Source: Lama glama
Taxonomy: Eukaryota
Assembly (NCBI GenBank): GCA_028534125.1
Contig: CM052818.1
Span: forward strand, 28,894,001 to 28,958,000
DNA: 64,000 bases
Reading direction: 5' to 3'
This document shows, in pieces, positions 41,463-55,437 of this stretch (positions are counted from its first letter, which is position 1; the number at the start of each line of letters is the position of its first letter). The notes under the pieces were generated by a model. It worked only from the letters and a program-made list of their open reading frames with translations, did not search any database and was not told the DNA's origin. A program made the translations under genes and the position numbers.

Positions 41463-41969
41463 ATAGTCTTTCTGCCTATGTTTTAATCAGGTCCAGCTTT
41501 TCTTTTAAAATAACACCCAAATGTTAACAAGGAAGCATAGATTTAGGTTTTGCCAATTCTATAAATTTGGGAGGAAACATACAGCATTTCTCTAAGAACT
41601 ATGTATTTTAGAATTGAAAAATTGCCAAATTCTTTTACTCATAGTAAATAAAAAATCAAGACATTTACCAAAATAAATGTGAAGTATATTATATTTTAGT
41701 GTCTCTGAAAACATCTTAGTTTGCCTTTTTCAGAAGCAATCCGAGTTGACAGTGTTTTCAATTACTTAAAACAGCAAGATGCCGGGAATATTTCGCAGTT
41801 AAGCGCGAAGTTAAAACATGTCAAGATTCTTCCCAAATCCAGAAAATCACTTTAGGATTTGCACAGACAAATCCATTTAATCCTCTTGATTTTTAATCTA
41901 CCAAAATCGGTAGTTGACCAAGAAGTGCCTTTGCTTCTGTATCTTTCAGCAGTAGCTAAGTCTTCTGAC

Positions 41970-42272
41970 CAGTAATTCTTAACCACTGTCACTGAGGAAC
42001 CCCAGGCTGCAGAAATGAATGGATGCACACTTTCAGGCTCCAGAGCTATAGTCTAAACCCTCACCCTACACTCTCAGGGCAGCATATTTCTTTGAATATC
42101 TCTCTATGTAAAGAATTCAGAAGAATGTTTTTATACTCCATATAAAAATAATAAAATGTAATAAATGTCAACAAAATAAACACTTCAGGATGACATCTTA
42201 CATGTATTTTGTGACTTCTAGTACCCTCTGGCACACCTCTACCTACTCTCAGTTGTATCAATTTGAGAAACT
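41970..42272. mobile_element. Probable hAT-Charlie MITE
   Basis: Termini cagtaattcttaa ... ttgagaaactg resemble Charlie/MER TIRs; subfamily not resolved. Confidence 0.45.
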
Positions 42273-42309
42273 GAACTTAAGATTATAAAGAGATTTAAAA
42301 GCTCTCATA

Positions 42310-42520
42310 ATAATGACTAACTGGAATCAGTGTTTCCTACGTCAAAATGAGCACCTCATTTAATTCTCACAACTACCCTATGAAAGAGGTACTATCGTTT
42401 ACTATTATTAATATACTCCTATGACAGGTAAGGAAGCAGAGGCTCAAACACACACAAATATTTTCCCAAGTTAACCACTAGTAGTAAAGCTATCAAGACT
42501 TTTTCCAAAGTGTATGACAT
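42310..42520 (-). mobile_element. MIR SINE
   Basis: ctcatttaattctcacaactaccctatgaaagaggtactat...acaggtaaggaagcagaggctca. Confidence 0.75.
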
Positions 42521-42959
42521 TCACCATGTTTAATGTCCTACAACCTTTCTCATAGGCCTGGTTTATATATTTTCAATTTAACATATAAATTTAAATTTTT
42601 GAGGCTCTTTTTTAGCTAGTAATATATACATAATGTTATACAAATAAACATCTATCATAAATTTTGTTCCCCCCATACCTGCTCCCCTCAATAAATACTT
42701 TGGTATTCATTAGTCATCATGATAAATAAAATGCGTATGGTATTTCACCACATGAGTTTATACTGATACTAAAAATAAAATTTTAAGTATCACTTATCTT
42801 CTTCAGAGGACGCTATGGAATCAATTCACTATTTGAAAAACTGATAGCTAATGAGATGGAGTCATGCAATTTTTCTGCCTTGATTTTATGAACTGTATTC
42901 AGGGTAGCCAAATATTTGATGGAAAGAAGGAATGAAAGAAATAGAGATCTAGGTAAAGA

Positions 42960-43680
42960 TCTTCAATGGCTGCTAACATTACACAAACAAAAAAGAAACA
43001 ATTAGGCACATTCTGTACATTCTTATGAAAGTAAACAATAACATCTTTTAAGTAGTCTGACTGAAAATATCAAACAAATTTGATCAAGTCTCTAGGTCTA
43101 ACCAACAATTTACATAAGATATAGGAATTAGAGCAACACGTAAACAACACCTCAGGGATGTAAATCAACAAAATCTACCCTGTATACAAACAGCCCAGGT
43201 CCTACAACAATCAAAAACCAAAGAAAAATGCAAGAAAGTGAAGCAGAAAGGAATCCTATATATTAAAAGGGACCTGAGAGACACAGTCATCAATTGCAAT
43301 ATACAGACATTACTTCAAGTCCATTAGAGTCATAGAAACCATTAAAAAAGTAAGATAAATAAAAATTTGACCACCACACATTTTATTATATTAAGAAATT
43401 AGCTATTTATGGTATGACAAATATGATATAGCACTTTTTAGTATGACAATGGGGTTGTAGATATATTTTAAAAGACTATTATTTAAAGATGTATATTGAA
43501 ATATAACAAATGATATGATATAATGCCTGTATTTGCTGTAAAATAATCTGGGGGATGAGAGGGGCCAGGAGTTCGTAGGGAAATTAATTTTTGAGGCTGA
43601 ACAGATAGTTCATTATACTAGTCTCTCTGCTACTATATATGTATATGAGATAAATTTTCCAATATTTAAAGTTAAAGAGA
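42960..43680 (+). mobile_element. Ancient L1 (L1MC/ME-like) 3'UTR
   Basis: ggctgctaacatta, tgatcaagtctctaggtcta, tattaaaagggacctgagagac, ttcattatactagtctctctgctac. Confidence 0.7.
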
Positions 43681-46600
43681 ATAGACCAAGAAGCCCTAGA
43701 GACGTAATTCATTTTATCTGACAAGTTTGTGAAATGAATATAAGGAATTTTTAGATTCCTATGTGTGATTAAATAATCTTTTCTCTGAAATCTCCACTCT
43801 AATTGCCCTGTCCTTATAAGAAACTAATTGGGCTTGTACAACACTTAGCAAAGCAGCATTCTCAAACAAGAGAAGCCAAAACAATTCTAGGAATTAAAGC
43901 CTGGCACGGTCACAGATCTGTGTTTTATATTAACCACTTCAACACTTTCTCTCTTTCACTCATTTCCCTACTTAGGTGACCTAGGTTTTCCATCAACACC
44001 CCATTAAAGCAAACACCTGCAGTGGCATTTTCTCTGCTCATTTCAGTGTGCTCATTAACCATCTCTAACTCAGACCTCTCTCCAAAGATAATCAATGTGA
44101 AAACCTTAAGCCAGAGTCATATAACCACATCCTCAATATTTAAACTTCTATGTGGTATCAAAATATTTTATTTATGCATTTTCTAATAGAAAACTGTCAA
44201 TGCATCCCTTTTCTTCTGCATAAATATCAGTGGAGCTTCAAGGAATAAAAGAAGTAAAATCAAGATGACCAGCTTCACCTTTTCTCAAAGGGCAGAGAAA
44301 TAAAGTTTATACTTTAAATGACAATATAATTCATGTAAGAGCATCACATATTTTGGTGATTCAGATCCCAAAGAGGGTTAGTCTTTGAAGTGCTTCTTCA
44401 GCTGTAACGTGCAGGGGAGCACTGGATGTAGTCACTTGATTGCAACACTGGGGATGCACTCTCTGAAGTTTAATGGGGCAGCTGTTCAAAGGTCAGTCCA
44501 AGTTAACCACTCATTCTGGTCCTCCTATCTTTTGCTTGGGACACAAGCATGTAAGAACAAAGGAGAGAGAGGTATTTTCTTTTTAAATGTGCTCTAACAA
44601 ATTTAAAACAAGATTTTAAACTTCTTTAATCACTTTGCTTAATGTTGTCCTTTAAGCTATTTAGGTATTTGGCCTCATCTTTTTGTCCCAGAGCTTGCTT
44701 TTGTCAAGGCTGCATTTTTTTTCAGTCGATGCATTTTTCTTCCTAGTTACATAGATCATATTTCTCTTACTGAGGGAAAAATTCTGAGAAAAAAGAGAAA
44801 GGTACAAGGTGTCCATCTCTCTCGTATTTTCTGCACTTAAAAGGCCTCCCCAATCTTTATCATCCTATACTATGCCAAAGAAGCATAAACTCTTGTGCTT
44901 TTATTTATGGAAATTTTTTATACTGAACTCTCTAGGAAGGGAGGGAAAAAATCTATCCTTATGTTTATTAAACTAAGAATTGCTAGATTGCCCTGATTAC
45001 AGTTTTTATGGGATTACATGGCTGAGAACCAATAGTATTTTTTTGTCTTCCTTAAAGGAATCAGATAACACTCATTTTAAACCAATGGTTCCTAGGCATT
45101 TGGATTTTGCCATGGGTTCTATTGAAAATACTTACCAGCCGTCAGAAAGTATCCTGATGAACCCAGCTGTGATAAGCATTAACTCTTTGGATATTTACTT
45201 TCAAGTATCTTGGGTCTGGGGTCCCAGGAAAGGAAACTGAGTGGCCAGAGTTGAGGGGGGAGGCAAGCACTCAGGGCAATAATAGTTATAAACTTACTTC
45301 AGTATTTTCACAGCCAATACAGCTGTATGATGCTAAATATAAACCAGTCCTAAAATTTACTAATTAGGGAATTTTACAAAATGAGGACCAACATATGGTA
45401 TCAAATGTTCTTTTGCCAAAAAAGAAAGTTAAAAAGATAAAAACCTAAGTCCTATCATCACTATCATTTCCTAAAAGGGAAATTTAAAACCACATAGTAA
45501 ATAAGAAATAATCCCAGAATAAAGAGGCAGTTTTTTGATAGACTGTTCACCTTTATGAAATATAACATTAATTTTATTTTTTGTAATTTATTTACTGACT
45601 CAAGAAAATTTAATCACTGACCTAACCCAGTCCACAGAGAAAATTTTATCTGATACTTTTTTAAGTGGTCAGTTTAAAAGTGAATAAGGATCTTCCTCTA
45701 GAGGACGATACATGGACAGCAAATTTGAACAGGTCAATAACCAGAAGATGAATTTGTTTCATCACAAACTTATTAAACATTTACCACTGTTTGCTAAAGA
45801 AATGCCACATACGGCCCAACTTTTACTTTTTGCTCACAAATCTAGTGTCAAATTAAGGATTTATACTCCCTTTCACTTCAACCAAAACATGTTTATACAT
45901 TTGTTTTTATTGCTGATTCTTTGTAGTGTTTAATCAATGTTTTTCATGGTACAAGTACAAAACTACCAGCTCTTCCAGAAATGCCACTTCAGCACATACA
46001 CGAATCCATGATAGTACAAGATTAATAGTTTTACTCTGGAAAGTTATATATAACATAAACTGATGTGCTCAGAACAAATTTAGTAGATGGTAGGTGTATG
46101 CTTTCTGTCTAGCCAGATAAATTATTTGATTTCAAAATATAAGCATTTCCAAAAACAGAAAAATCTAAAAGATCTCACATGTTTAATTTAAAAGCAGTTT
46201 CTTGACATTCAAACTCAGGTTAAGACTTTCTCAGTATTTTGAAACCCTACTAGAAGACCATTTTTACATTAAATAATTTGAAAGTATAAATACATTTGTG
46301 TGGAGAAGCTTAGCATCCTCATTCTTAAATAGAAGTGAATACACATAATTAAAGAAAGTGAATTTCATATGATACCCACAATTATACGCATGATGGCTAA
46401 TCTCATATTGCATTATCAGAAGCACATGCTCCTCCTTCTCACTGAATTAATAAGACTCAGACTTTTCCTATTCTGTAACTGAATCTGTTCTCAACCAGAA
46501 AAACTTAAAACTATTTCCCCCAAGTTAATATTCTATTGTAGAGTGTCTAAAATATATTTTGGTATTCCCTAAATCTTAACTCAAAAATAGCTTTTACTTG

Positions 46601-48084
46601 ACCATCACCCATTACCATTTCTATTTCTCCCGAAAACTCGATCTTTCTCTTCCTTCTCCTTTGGATAGAAGTGTTTCAAAGAGAACTGTGGCAGTTCTCT
46701 TAATGTTTAGTGCAATTAGCAAAGATTCAAGAAAATGTCTCCCAATAGAATAACTGTATAATTCAAGAGTATAATTCTTGGCTAGCTTAGTCATCCTACA
46801 TCTATTTCCACAGCTTTGGTATTTAATCCACATAAATATGCAGAAGCTGCCTCTACTATTCTCTTTTATCTGTAAGAACTGGATCAAAGTTCTGGATTGG
46901 GCATATACCATATGCCTTTTCTAAAAGTTCATAGCAACCACACAGTGAAGGCATGTTGCTATGTACCCATGAACTAAATCAAAAGTTGGGGGCAGTGATT
47001 AGGTCATAGTCTCTTTCTCCAATCTCTGTCTTGATTGGTATCTTCCGATGATATTTTCCAGAACTATACCTTCCCAATAGAGTTGTCTGTTTCACTTGGA
47101 GGAGAGGGTGGTGGATAATCAGTATCTTTCCTATTAACTGTGCCCAGAATCAGACTCACTGTTATTTTGCTCCACTTCCATAGCCAAACCATCCCCAAAA
47201 GTGAATGTTTCTAATAAATGTTTTTTCCCCTATAGTCATCAATTTCTCTCATTGGACTTCTTAATTTTATAACTGTCATTCTGATTATCATTGTCAACAA
47301 TTCCTCTACTGCAAATGAGAAAGCCTGAATCTTTCACTTATTTGGCAATATTTCTTTAAATTAATTTAAACAAATAAATGTCCTATTGCTTAAAATAGTT
47401 GAATTGAATTAGCCCTCATTACTACTGTGATCTTATAACTAGTAGCATGTCCAGACATACAGTCCTGGCTGAAATAACGTTCTACACAAGTTGCTGATAT
47501 CCTGGTGCGCCCTTTCCAGTCTCCAGAATACTGACTACAACGATCTGGTAACAACCTCACAGCCTAGATATCTAACCATAGTGATATTCTGAAAGCTTCT
47601 TTAATTAGATACTCTATAAAAAGCACTAAAAGTTTTATTTTTGTTGTTGTTGTTTTGGAAAAGACTGACTCCACATGTGGAATAAGAGCAATGTAAGGTT
47701 TATTATGAGGTTCATGTGGGCAAGAGGTATATACAACAAATTTTAAACAATATTCAAACAGATTCTCTTTTAGAAGAGTCTTCTCTGTGATCCGTATTGT
47801 ACTAAATTCAACAGTGAACAGTTATTAATGTCCAGTTTCTCTTCTGATTTTAATCTTCTTTCTTCCTTTAATTAACAACTAAAAGAAATCTGCAGTTAAT
47901 CATTATTTTTTTCTTTTTCTTGCCTTGACTCTTGCATCTTACCGATGACTTTCTATTGGTTTTCCTTTCTCATTCCAGTCCACTCTGAGATTTCCCTTCT
48001 TTGTATTTAAGTATCTTATTTCTCTTTAAATAAAATGTTATCTCTAAATCTCTAAAAGCGTATTTTGGAGAATGTATCTTCCTG

Positions 48085-48270
48085 AAGCGATTGTCTTACA
48101 CATCACAATTTTCAACCATCTCAACATTCCTACAAGGTAGGTATTATGATTCTCACTTTAGAGATAAGAAAAGTAAGACGTATAGACATAGCGTTGTACG
48201 TCTAATGAGTGGCATAGTCAGAATTCACATGCTGTTTGACTTCAAAGCCACCACTCTGCTTCACTCCTCC
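48085..48270 (-). mobile_element. MIR SINE
   Basis: ctcaacattcctacaaggtaggtattatgattctcactttagagataagaaaagtaag...gtttgacttcaaagcc. Confidence 0.75.
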
Positions 48271-48494
48271 CACTGTAGGTTAGTACCTACATTTCATCAA
48301 CAATATCCCCAAAGAAGTTTGCTTCTTCTAATAAGGACTTGTTATTAATTACCCTAGGGCTGGGATAGTTATGTGGTTTTACTCGGACTATTTCTATGCT
48401 TTAATTAATTTTAAAAGTTAATATCCATCCCTTTTCTTTTACAGTCAGTGTTCTAAGACTGTGTGTGTGTGTGAAGATCCAAATTTAATACATT

Positions 48495-48943
48495 GTATAA
48501 GGTTCACTAGATCAAACATCGAGAGGAGAATTCATGTGCAGGCAATTTATGAAGGAAATGCTCCCAAGAGTAACCAGTAATGGAATGAGGAAAGCAGGAC
48601 GAAGAAGTCATGCAAGGGTCTGATTCCATGTGAAGTCCTAGCCCCACTTTCACCATCAGTCTCAGCCTCAGCCTGTTGGAGCTAAAAGCTCTACAGTATA
48701 AATTACACATCACAGTTTATCCAGACTGGAGGCAAAGAAGCTAGGCTTTAATCAGTCATTTGCCAAGGGCCACTCCAGAAGGATGTGAATTTGCAGGTAC
48801 TTCCAGTTCTGTGTAAACTGTTAATGCAGATTTAGTAGCCAGAGACAATTCTCCAAGAGAATCCTTATATAAACCACTGGAAGAAAGTCCACACAACTTG
48901 GGAGGATAAGTTGAAGGATCTGAGGCAATGCGGACAGAGCACA
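48495..48943. mobile_element. ERVL LTR (LTR16-like)
   Basis: gagaggagaattcatgtgcaggcaatttatgaaggaaatgctc...gaggaaagcagga resembles LTR16 family. Confidence 0.6.
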
Positions 48944-49530
48944 AATAATTAGTGAAAGGGTAAAGGGAATTACAGTTAGAAAGCTAAAAAGCCCAAAGAA
49001 TAGATAGATAGATATAAGGTATGAGGTATATAATAGAAATGGAAACTTTCAAGCCTATAGTTACTGGGAAATGCAAATTAATATCTACCTAGGCTCCTGC
49101 AGTTATTGTATTTTTATAATTAAATTTGTATTTGAGTTTCCTGATAGTCATGGCAAAATAATCAAAGAAGGAAAAGGTAGAAAAGGAGGAGAGAGGAAGA
49201 GCAAAAAGCCACTGTCAAATTTTTAGGATAGAGAAATATTTATAAATCTAAACTTTAAAATCCCTGTTTTCACCTGGATACTTACACAGGGAAAGGTGAG
49301 CAATCAAATAACCATCAAATTCAGCAGTCACCTTTGTAAGAAACAGAAGTGCTCATCACATGACCAGTCCTCCTATGGATCCTCTATATCATTAAAAGGA
49401 ATCCATGAACAGGTATTTCTTTGGCAAGAGTAGAGTAACAGTTCAGAAATACAGTTTTCTATTATCAGCCTTACTGAGGACAAGGGCACTAAGACTTATC
49501 CCATTATACGAAGACAGGTTTTTTTGTCTG

Positions 49531-51736
49531 TTCTTTTTTTGACATACAAAACGCTATCCATAGTGTATGCAACTTAATGAGTCTAAAGGTAAATATACAC
49601 CCATGAAACCATCAGCACAATTTATGCCCAAAACCTATCCATCACCTCCAAAAGTTTCCTTCCTTCTTATTTATATTATTTTGTTATAAGAACACTTAAT
49701 ATAAGATCTATCCTCTTAGCAAATTTCTTAACATACAATACAGTATTGACTATATGCACTATGGTATATAGATTTCTAGGACTCAGTCATCTTGTATAAC
49801 TGAAATTTTATTTTCTTTGACTAATACCTCCCCATTTCCCTCTCTCCCCATCACCTGGAAACAACCATTCCTTTCAACGCTTCTATGAGTCTGACTAGAT
49901 TCCTCAGGTAAGTGGGATCCTGGAGTATTTGTCCTTCTGTGTTTGGCTTTTTTCACTTTGTATAATGCCCTCTAGGTTTATCCATGCTGTTGCAAATGCC
50001 AAGATTTCCTTTAAGACTAAATAATATTCCCTTGTATGTATACCATATTTTTTACCCAATCTTTCATTGATGGACACTTACATTGCTTCTTTGTCTTGGT
50101 GTTTGTCAATAATGCTGCATGAATATGGAGCAGATGATCATTATAATGAATATGGGGGTACAGGTATTTCTTCAAGATACTAACTAAATTCCTTTGAATA
50201 TATACCTAAGTGTAGGACTGCTGAGTCACATAGCAGTTCTATTTTTAGTTTTCTGAGGAACTTCCATGTTTTTCACAGTGGCTGTACCAATTTACATTCC
50301 AACAGGATACAATGAAACCAAGTTCTCCACATTTATTATAATTTTTTTAATCCATTCTAACAGGAGTGAGGTGATTGATACCTCTTTGTGATTATGATTT
50401 GAATTTCCTTAATGATCAATGATATTAAGCATCTTTTTATATACCTGTTGGCCATTTGTATGTTACCACTGTGGGAAAAAAAATCTATTCAAATCCTCTG
50501 CCCATCTTTTAATCAGATTATTTGGCTTTCCCATTGAGTTGTAGGAATTCATTGTATATTTTGGAGATTAACCCCTTATCAGACATGTGGTTTGTCAATA
50601 GTTTCTTCACAGGTTTCACTCCATAGGTTACCTTTTTGCTCTGTATTCTCCGCTGTACAGAGGCTTCTTAGATTAATGTAGTCCACTTATCTCTTTTTAC
50701 TTTTGTTGCCTGTGTTTTGGTGTCATATCCAAGAAGTCATTGCCAAGACCAGTATCATGAAGCTTTTCCCCTATATTTTCTTCTAGGAGTTTTAGGTCTT
50801 ATGTTCAAGTCTTTAAACCATTTTGAGTTGATTTTTGTGTATGGTATAAGATAAGGACCTAATTTCATTTTTTTGCAAGGGAGCATTGAGTTTTCCCATT
50901 AAAGAGATAATCCTTTCCCCATTGTGTATGCTTGGCACCTTTGTCGAAGATCATTTGACCATACATGTAAAGGTTTATTTCTGGGCTCTCTATTCTGTTC
51001 CATTGGTTTATATGTCTATTTTTATGTCAGTACTATACTCTTTAAATTACTGTAGCTTTGTAATATATTATGAAATCAGGAGGGGTGATGCCTCCAGCTT
51101 CATTCTTTCACAAAGTTGTTTTGGCTATTTGGGGCCCTTGGCAGTTCCATATGAATTATAGAATTTTTTTCTATGTCTATAAAAATGTCATTGGGATTTT
51201 GACAGGGATTGCATTGAATCTGTTGATCACCCTTTGAATAATGTGGACATTTTAACAGTATTAAATCTTACTGCCCAGGAACACAAGATGTCTTTCCATT
51301 CATTTGTGTCTGTTTTGATTTCTTTCATCAGTATTTTATAGTTTTCAGTACACACATCTCTCATGTTCTTGGTTAAATTTATTTTCTAAGTATCTTATTC
51401 TTTGTAATGCCACAGTAAATGAGATTGTTTTCTTAATTCCTCACTTTGATTGTTCATTGTTAGTGTATAGAAATGCAACTGACTTTTGCATGTTGATTTT
51501 GTATCCCTCAACTCTAATGAATTTATGTTTTAACAGCTTTTTTGGTGGAGTCTTTAGGGATTTCTAAATATAAGTCATGTCATCTGCAAACAGAGATAAT
51601 TTTACTTCTTTTCCAATCTGGATGTCTTTTATTTCTTTTTTCTTGCCCGACTGTTCTGTCTAGGATTTCCAGTACTACATGTGATAGAAGTGGTGACAGT
51701 CACCATCACTGTCATGTTCACATCTTAGAGGAAAAG
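49531..51736 (-). mobile_element. L1 3' part (ORF2 plus L1MA/MB-type 3'UTR), reverse orientation
   Basis: Reverse-strand L1 motifs: ttttctgaggaacttccat, gctgtaccaatttacattcc, tttgagttgatttttgtgtatggtataaga, gtcatctgcaaacag (FADD on -). Confidence 0.95.
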
Positions 51737-51814
51737 ACAGAGAGGTGAAATTTAAATCAGAGTTGTGGTTTTGCCAAGTGAGACCATGTAGGTAAAGCAT
51801 TCAGTAAAAGGTCA

Positions 51815-52266
51815 GTGTTAACATAGCCTTACGAGGCCCTATGCAGTCTGCATCTGCCAGCCTCTCAAATCTCATCTGGCTCTTCTCTCCCAACAGATCC
51901 TTTGCTCCAGCCCCTCTGCTGATCTTCTCTGTCTTGAAACTAAAGCTCTCCCACTCTAACACCTTGGTACTTATTTCCCTTATTTCAATATGCCGTTTTG
52001 GGACTGGCTCTTTCTTCACACTGAATTCTAGCACTAAAGTTCCATTCTCCAAAAGGCTTTCTTGGATGACCCTCATTCCTTGTTACCTGCTTCATTTACT
52101 ATTCAGCACTTGTGAGTATCTGAAGTATATTCAGTCCTTCATTTGCTTATTATCTGTCTCTCCCCCAACACTAGAATATAAACTCCTTGAAAGCAAGAAC
52201 CACGATTATATACCTAGAACAATGCCTGAAATCTAGCAGATTTGAGATAAATGTTTGTTTAATGGA
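51815..52266 (+). mobile_element. L2 3' end
   Basis: tctgtctctcccccaacactagaatataaactccttgaaagcaagaac...cctagaacaatgcctga...ataaatgtttgtttaatgga. Confidence 0.8.
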
Positions 52267-54171
52267 TACATTATTATTCTCTCTAGTCTCAAAGATATTA
52301 TGATCTGAAGGGAGAACAGAGATTAATACAACTGAAGTAAGATTTCTAAAGCTTCATGGCCCACCAGGGGATTCTTATATGGTGCTGAAAAGCAGGGTCT
52401 GATTGGGAAATGCATTTTTTTCACCAATCCTTGGGATCCAAGACAATGTGTCCCAAATCTGTTTTATGCAATTTTCTACAAGAGAATTCTAATATCTATA
52501 TACCTACAGCACCTGCATCTAGATATACTAACTTCTGCCCTGTTACCATGGTGCCCCTGTCCATATAGATAAAAAATAAATGTTAGGGCAGCTATATTCA
52601 ATATGCAGAATTCAGATTCTTCCTGCTCCAAGGCAAGTTAAATGCAATATATTATTTTTAATTTTTAAAAACTTATTTCATTTCAGAATATTATTCCTAT
52701 AGATTATTTTTAATGCCTTTACTTAGCCATTTTCCTGTTCTCAGCTTTCCTGCTCAAAATCCCGTTATTTCCCTAATGTGCTAATTTTAGCTGTAAACGC
52801 CTAATCAGAATTTTAAGCATAATTAGTAGGTTGGCTAACGTTCAGGAAGAAATATTATTGGTGTTTTCAACAGGCCAGCAGGATATCTCTAATTATAAAG
52901 ATAGAGGAAATAAAATCAACAGGATGGTAAAATCCATTGAGGGACAGATTGCATTTTATAGGAAAAGATGTAACTTCATTTAGTTTTGGTCTTTATGTCT
53001 TGCAAGTGTGCTTAGCACTCCTACATCCCATGGGTCTCAGTGTCAATATTTATGTGCTGGAATATTTCACTGCCTCATAAACCAAGAAGTAACCAAGTGT
53101 TTTTACTCTGGGAAAAAAATATGTTATACCAAGTAGTTTCAGGCAGCTCCACTTCTCACTTACACTTTTATGCATCGACTCACAGGAAGATACAAAACTA
53201 GACAAACAAGAAGGTTTGATCTTTTTCCTCTTGCTCCATGTATTATATATCAACCATGTCTAATTTTTAGATAAATGTGATTCAATTCCAACCAAAATTT
53301 CAATCATGGAAACCCAAGGATAAGGATTTGATGTTTTACTTGTTTCAAAAATCTTTACGCGAGGAAAATGCTAGTACTTTAAATACCAACTTCAGATTGA
53401 AAGCTGACATTCCTCCAAAAAGGAATAAAAGGACTTCTAAAAAAAACAAAAGAGGCTCAAAAATAAATAAATAAATAACCCCCCACACATTATGAACATG
53501 CATTACTTTCAATATTCAGAAACAGTATTTCTCCGGGGAGAGGATGTTTACTGTATGACCATTCTCACATGGAGTTTCAGATTACAAACCTCCTTCCCCA
53601 ATTCCACAGAAGGTTCCGAGTCCTTAAATATTTTCTATTCCAGTTTCCTGAACGTCCACCTTTGGTTTCTACTCTAAAGCCCTTCAATCAATATCTTCTA
53701 TATGTATTATGTGGAGAGCAGAATCTAGGCCCTGGCCAGGGTGAACTCAGCTATCTGATAGACGATCATGTATTCTACCAACTAAGCCCCAGATCTCACA
53801 ACAAATGAGCTGTTTCCCAAATTGTATTCTATGGGATTCTCTCTCTCCCTCTTTCACACACACACACAAGGAATATGTAGTGAAATAAGTTTGAAAGATG
53901 AAGTTTTAAAACAAAATCTACCTATTAGAAAATATGTCAAAGCATTTACTATGTTATTATGCATTATGAATCTCAAAAAATGACAGAAGATGTGCTTTCC
54001 AAATATAATTGACTACAAATCATTTTTTAATGAACATCCTTTATTGCCACAATTATTTATCTCCTACTGTATGCCTTGTGTTGGTTTTAATGAATGCAGA
54101 GAAAGATGAATAATCAGATTTCCTGTCTTAAAGAAGCTTATAATTCAGGGAACAGATCATATTCTCTATAA

Positions 54172-54379
54172 CTGCTCTCCAATAAGGCAGCCAATGGCCA
54201 CATATGGCTATTTAAGTTTGGTTAAATAAACTTAAATAACATTCAAAATTTTCAATTCCTTAGTCTCACTAATCATATTTCAATCTTTTAGCAGACACAC
54301 ACTGGCTAATGTCTGACGTATTGGTGGTGCAGGTACAGAATATTTCTATCATTGCAGAATAGTTTATTGGCCAGAACTG
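54172..54379 (-). mobile_element. MER3 hAT-Charlie MITE with 8-bp TSD
   Basis: Matches MER3 in reverse (ggccacatatggctatttaag...atttctatcattgcagaatagtttattggccagaactg); flanks ctctataa / ctctagaa (7/8). Confidence 0.85.
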
Positions 54380-55169
54380 CTCTAGAACATTACACTATTT
54401 TTATTAATTATATTCTAATAATTATCATCTTTCACTTTTTATGTAACTTTTCTTCTAAAGACTACAAATGTTATCAGATCTAATCAACCACAAGGAATTC
54501 TCTTATTGGAGTTAAGAAATTTCACTCACACTTGGTAGAAATTATTCCTACTCCTGTTATTACTTTACTTTCTTAATGAATTGCTTCTCAATCCACTGAC
54601 TTACCTAAACTCAAGAGCACTGACAGATTAACAATCAGGTCATATTAGACCAACCACACAGTGACCCTAGAATCAGATTTTCAAATCTGGAAAATCTGCT
54701 AATGATGATTTATTCCAATTTCCTCAGTTTTAAAACTTACAAATTGAAGCTCAGGGGCATAGGAACTTGGCACTGGTCACACAGATTTTAAATGCCAAAG
54801 TTGCTTAAACCTACCTAAGTCCATCATGGTGTTTGTACACAACTCCCTGGGTCTTAAATAATGTCCTTCAGAAAGGAAAGTCATAGCATAGCACACTACT
54901 GGCTAATAAGTGCAGCTACACAAAGCAGGGATTTTCCTATTGATATTCTTATGCTAACAGTGTAAAACAGAGCTCTTCTCCATGAAATTATCATCAGTGA
55001 CATTAAATTTAACTTTTACTGAAAGTCAGCATGCATTGTAAACAGCAAGCACTGTAAAGAAATACTCAGTGACACTATCTAAATGTATATGTCCATGTGT
55101 CTGCATACATATGTACAGAGCCAGGAAAGACAAGGTAGATGTTTGTTTCTTGATATTCAATTACATCAT

Positions 55170-55410
55170 AATAAATACTTCACACTTTCATAGCACGTGA
55201 CAGTTCCAGTGGACTTTACACACATTATCTTATTAATCTCATAGCATCCTGTGAAGTAGATATTTTTTTAAGCATGAGAAAACTGAGATTCAGAGAGATT
55301 ACAAATCATTCAGTCCTGAGTCACATGACTATGCAGGGACTAGACCTCATATTCAGTTTTGGGGGATTTTTTGCCTCTAAAGCTGATGCACTTACTATCA
55401 CATCATAGCT
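55170..55410 (-). mobile_element. MIR SINE
   Basis: attatcttattaatctcatagcatcctgtgaagtaga...gaaaactgagattcagagagatt. Confidence 0.8.
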
Positions 55411-55437
55411 GCCTCCCTTAAAAAATACAGTAAAAAT

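Noticed and set aside
39497..41829. Exact 14-bp inverted repeat acatgtcaagattc at 39497-39510 and 41816-41829
   Set aside because: Several 14-mer inverted matches are expected by chance in 64 kb; no TSD or internal transposon features.
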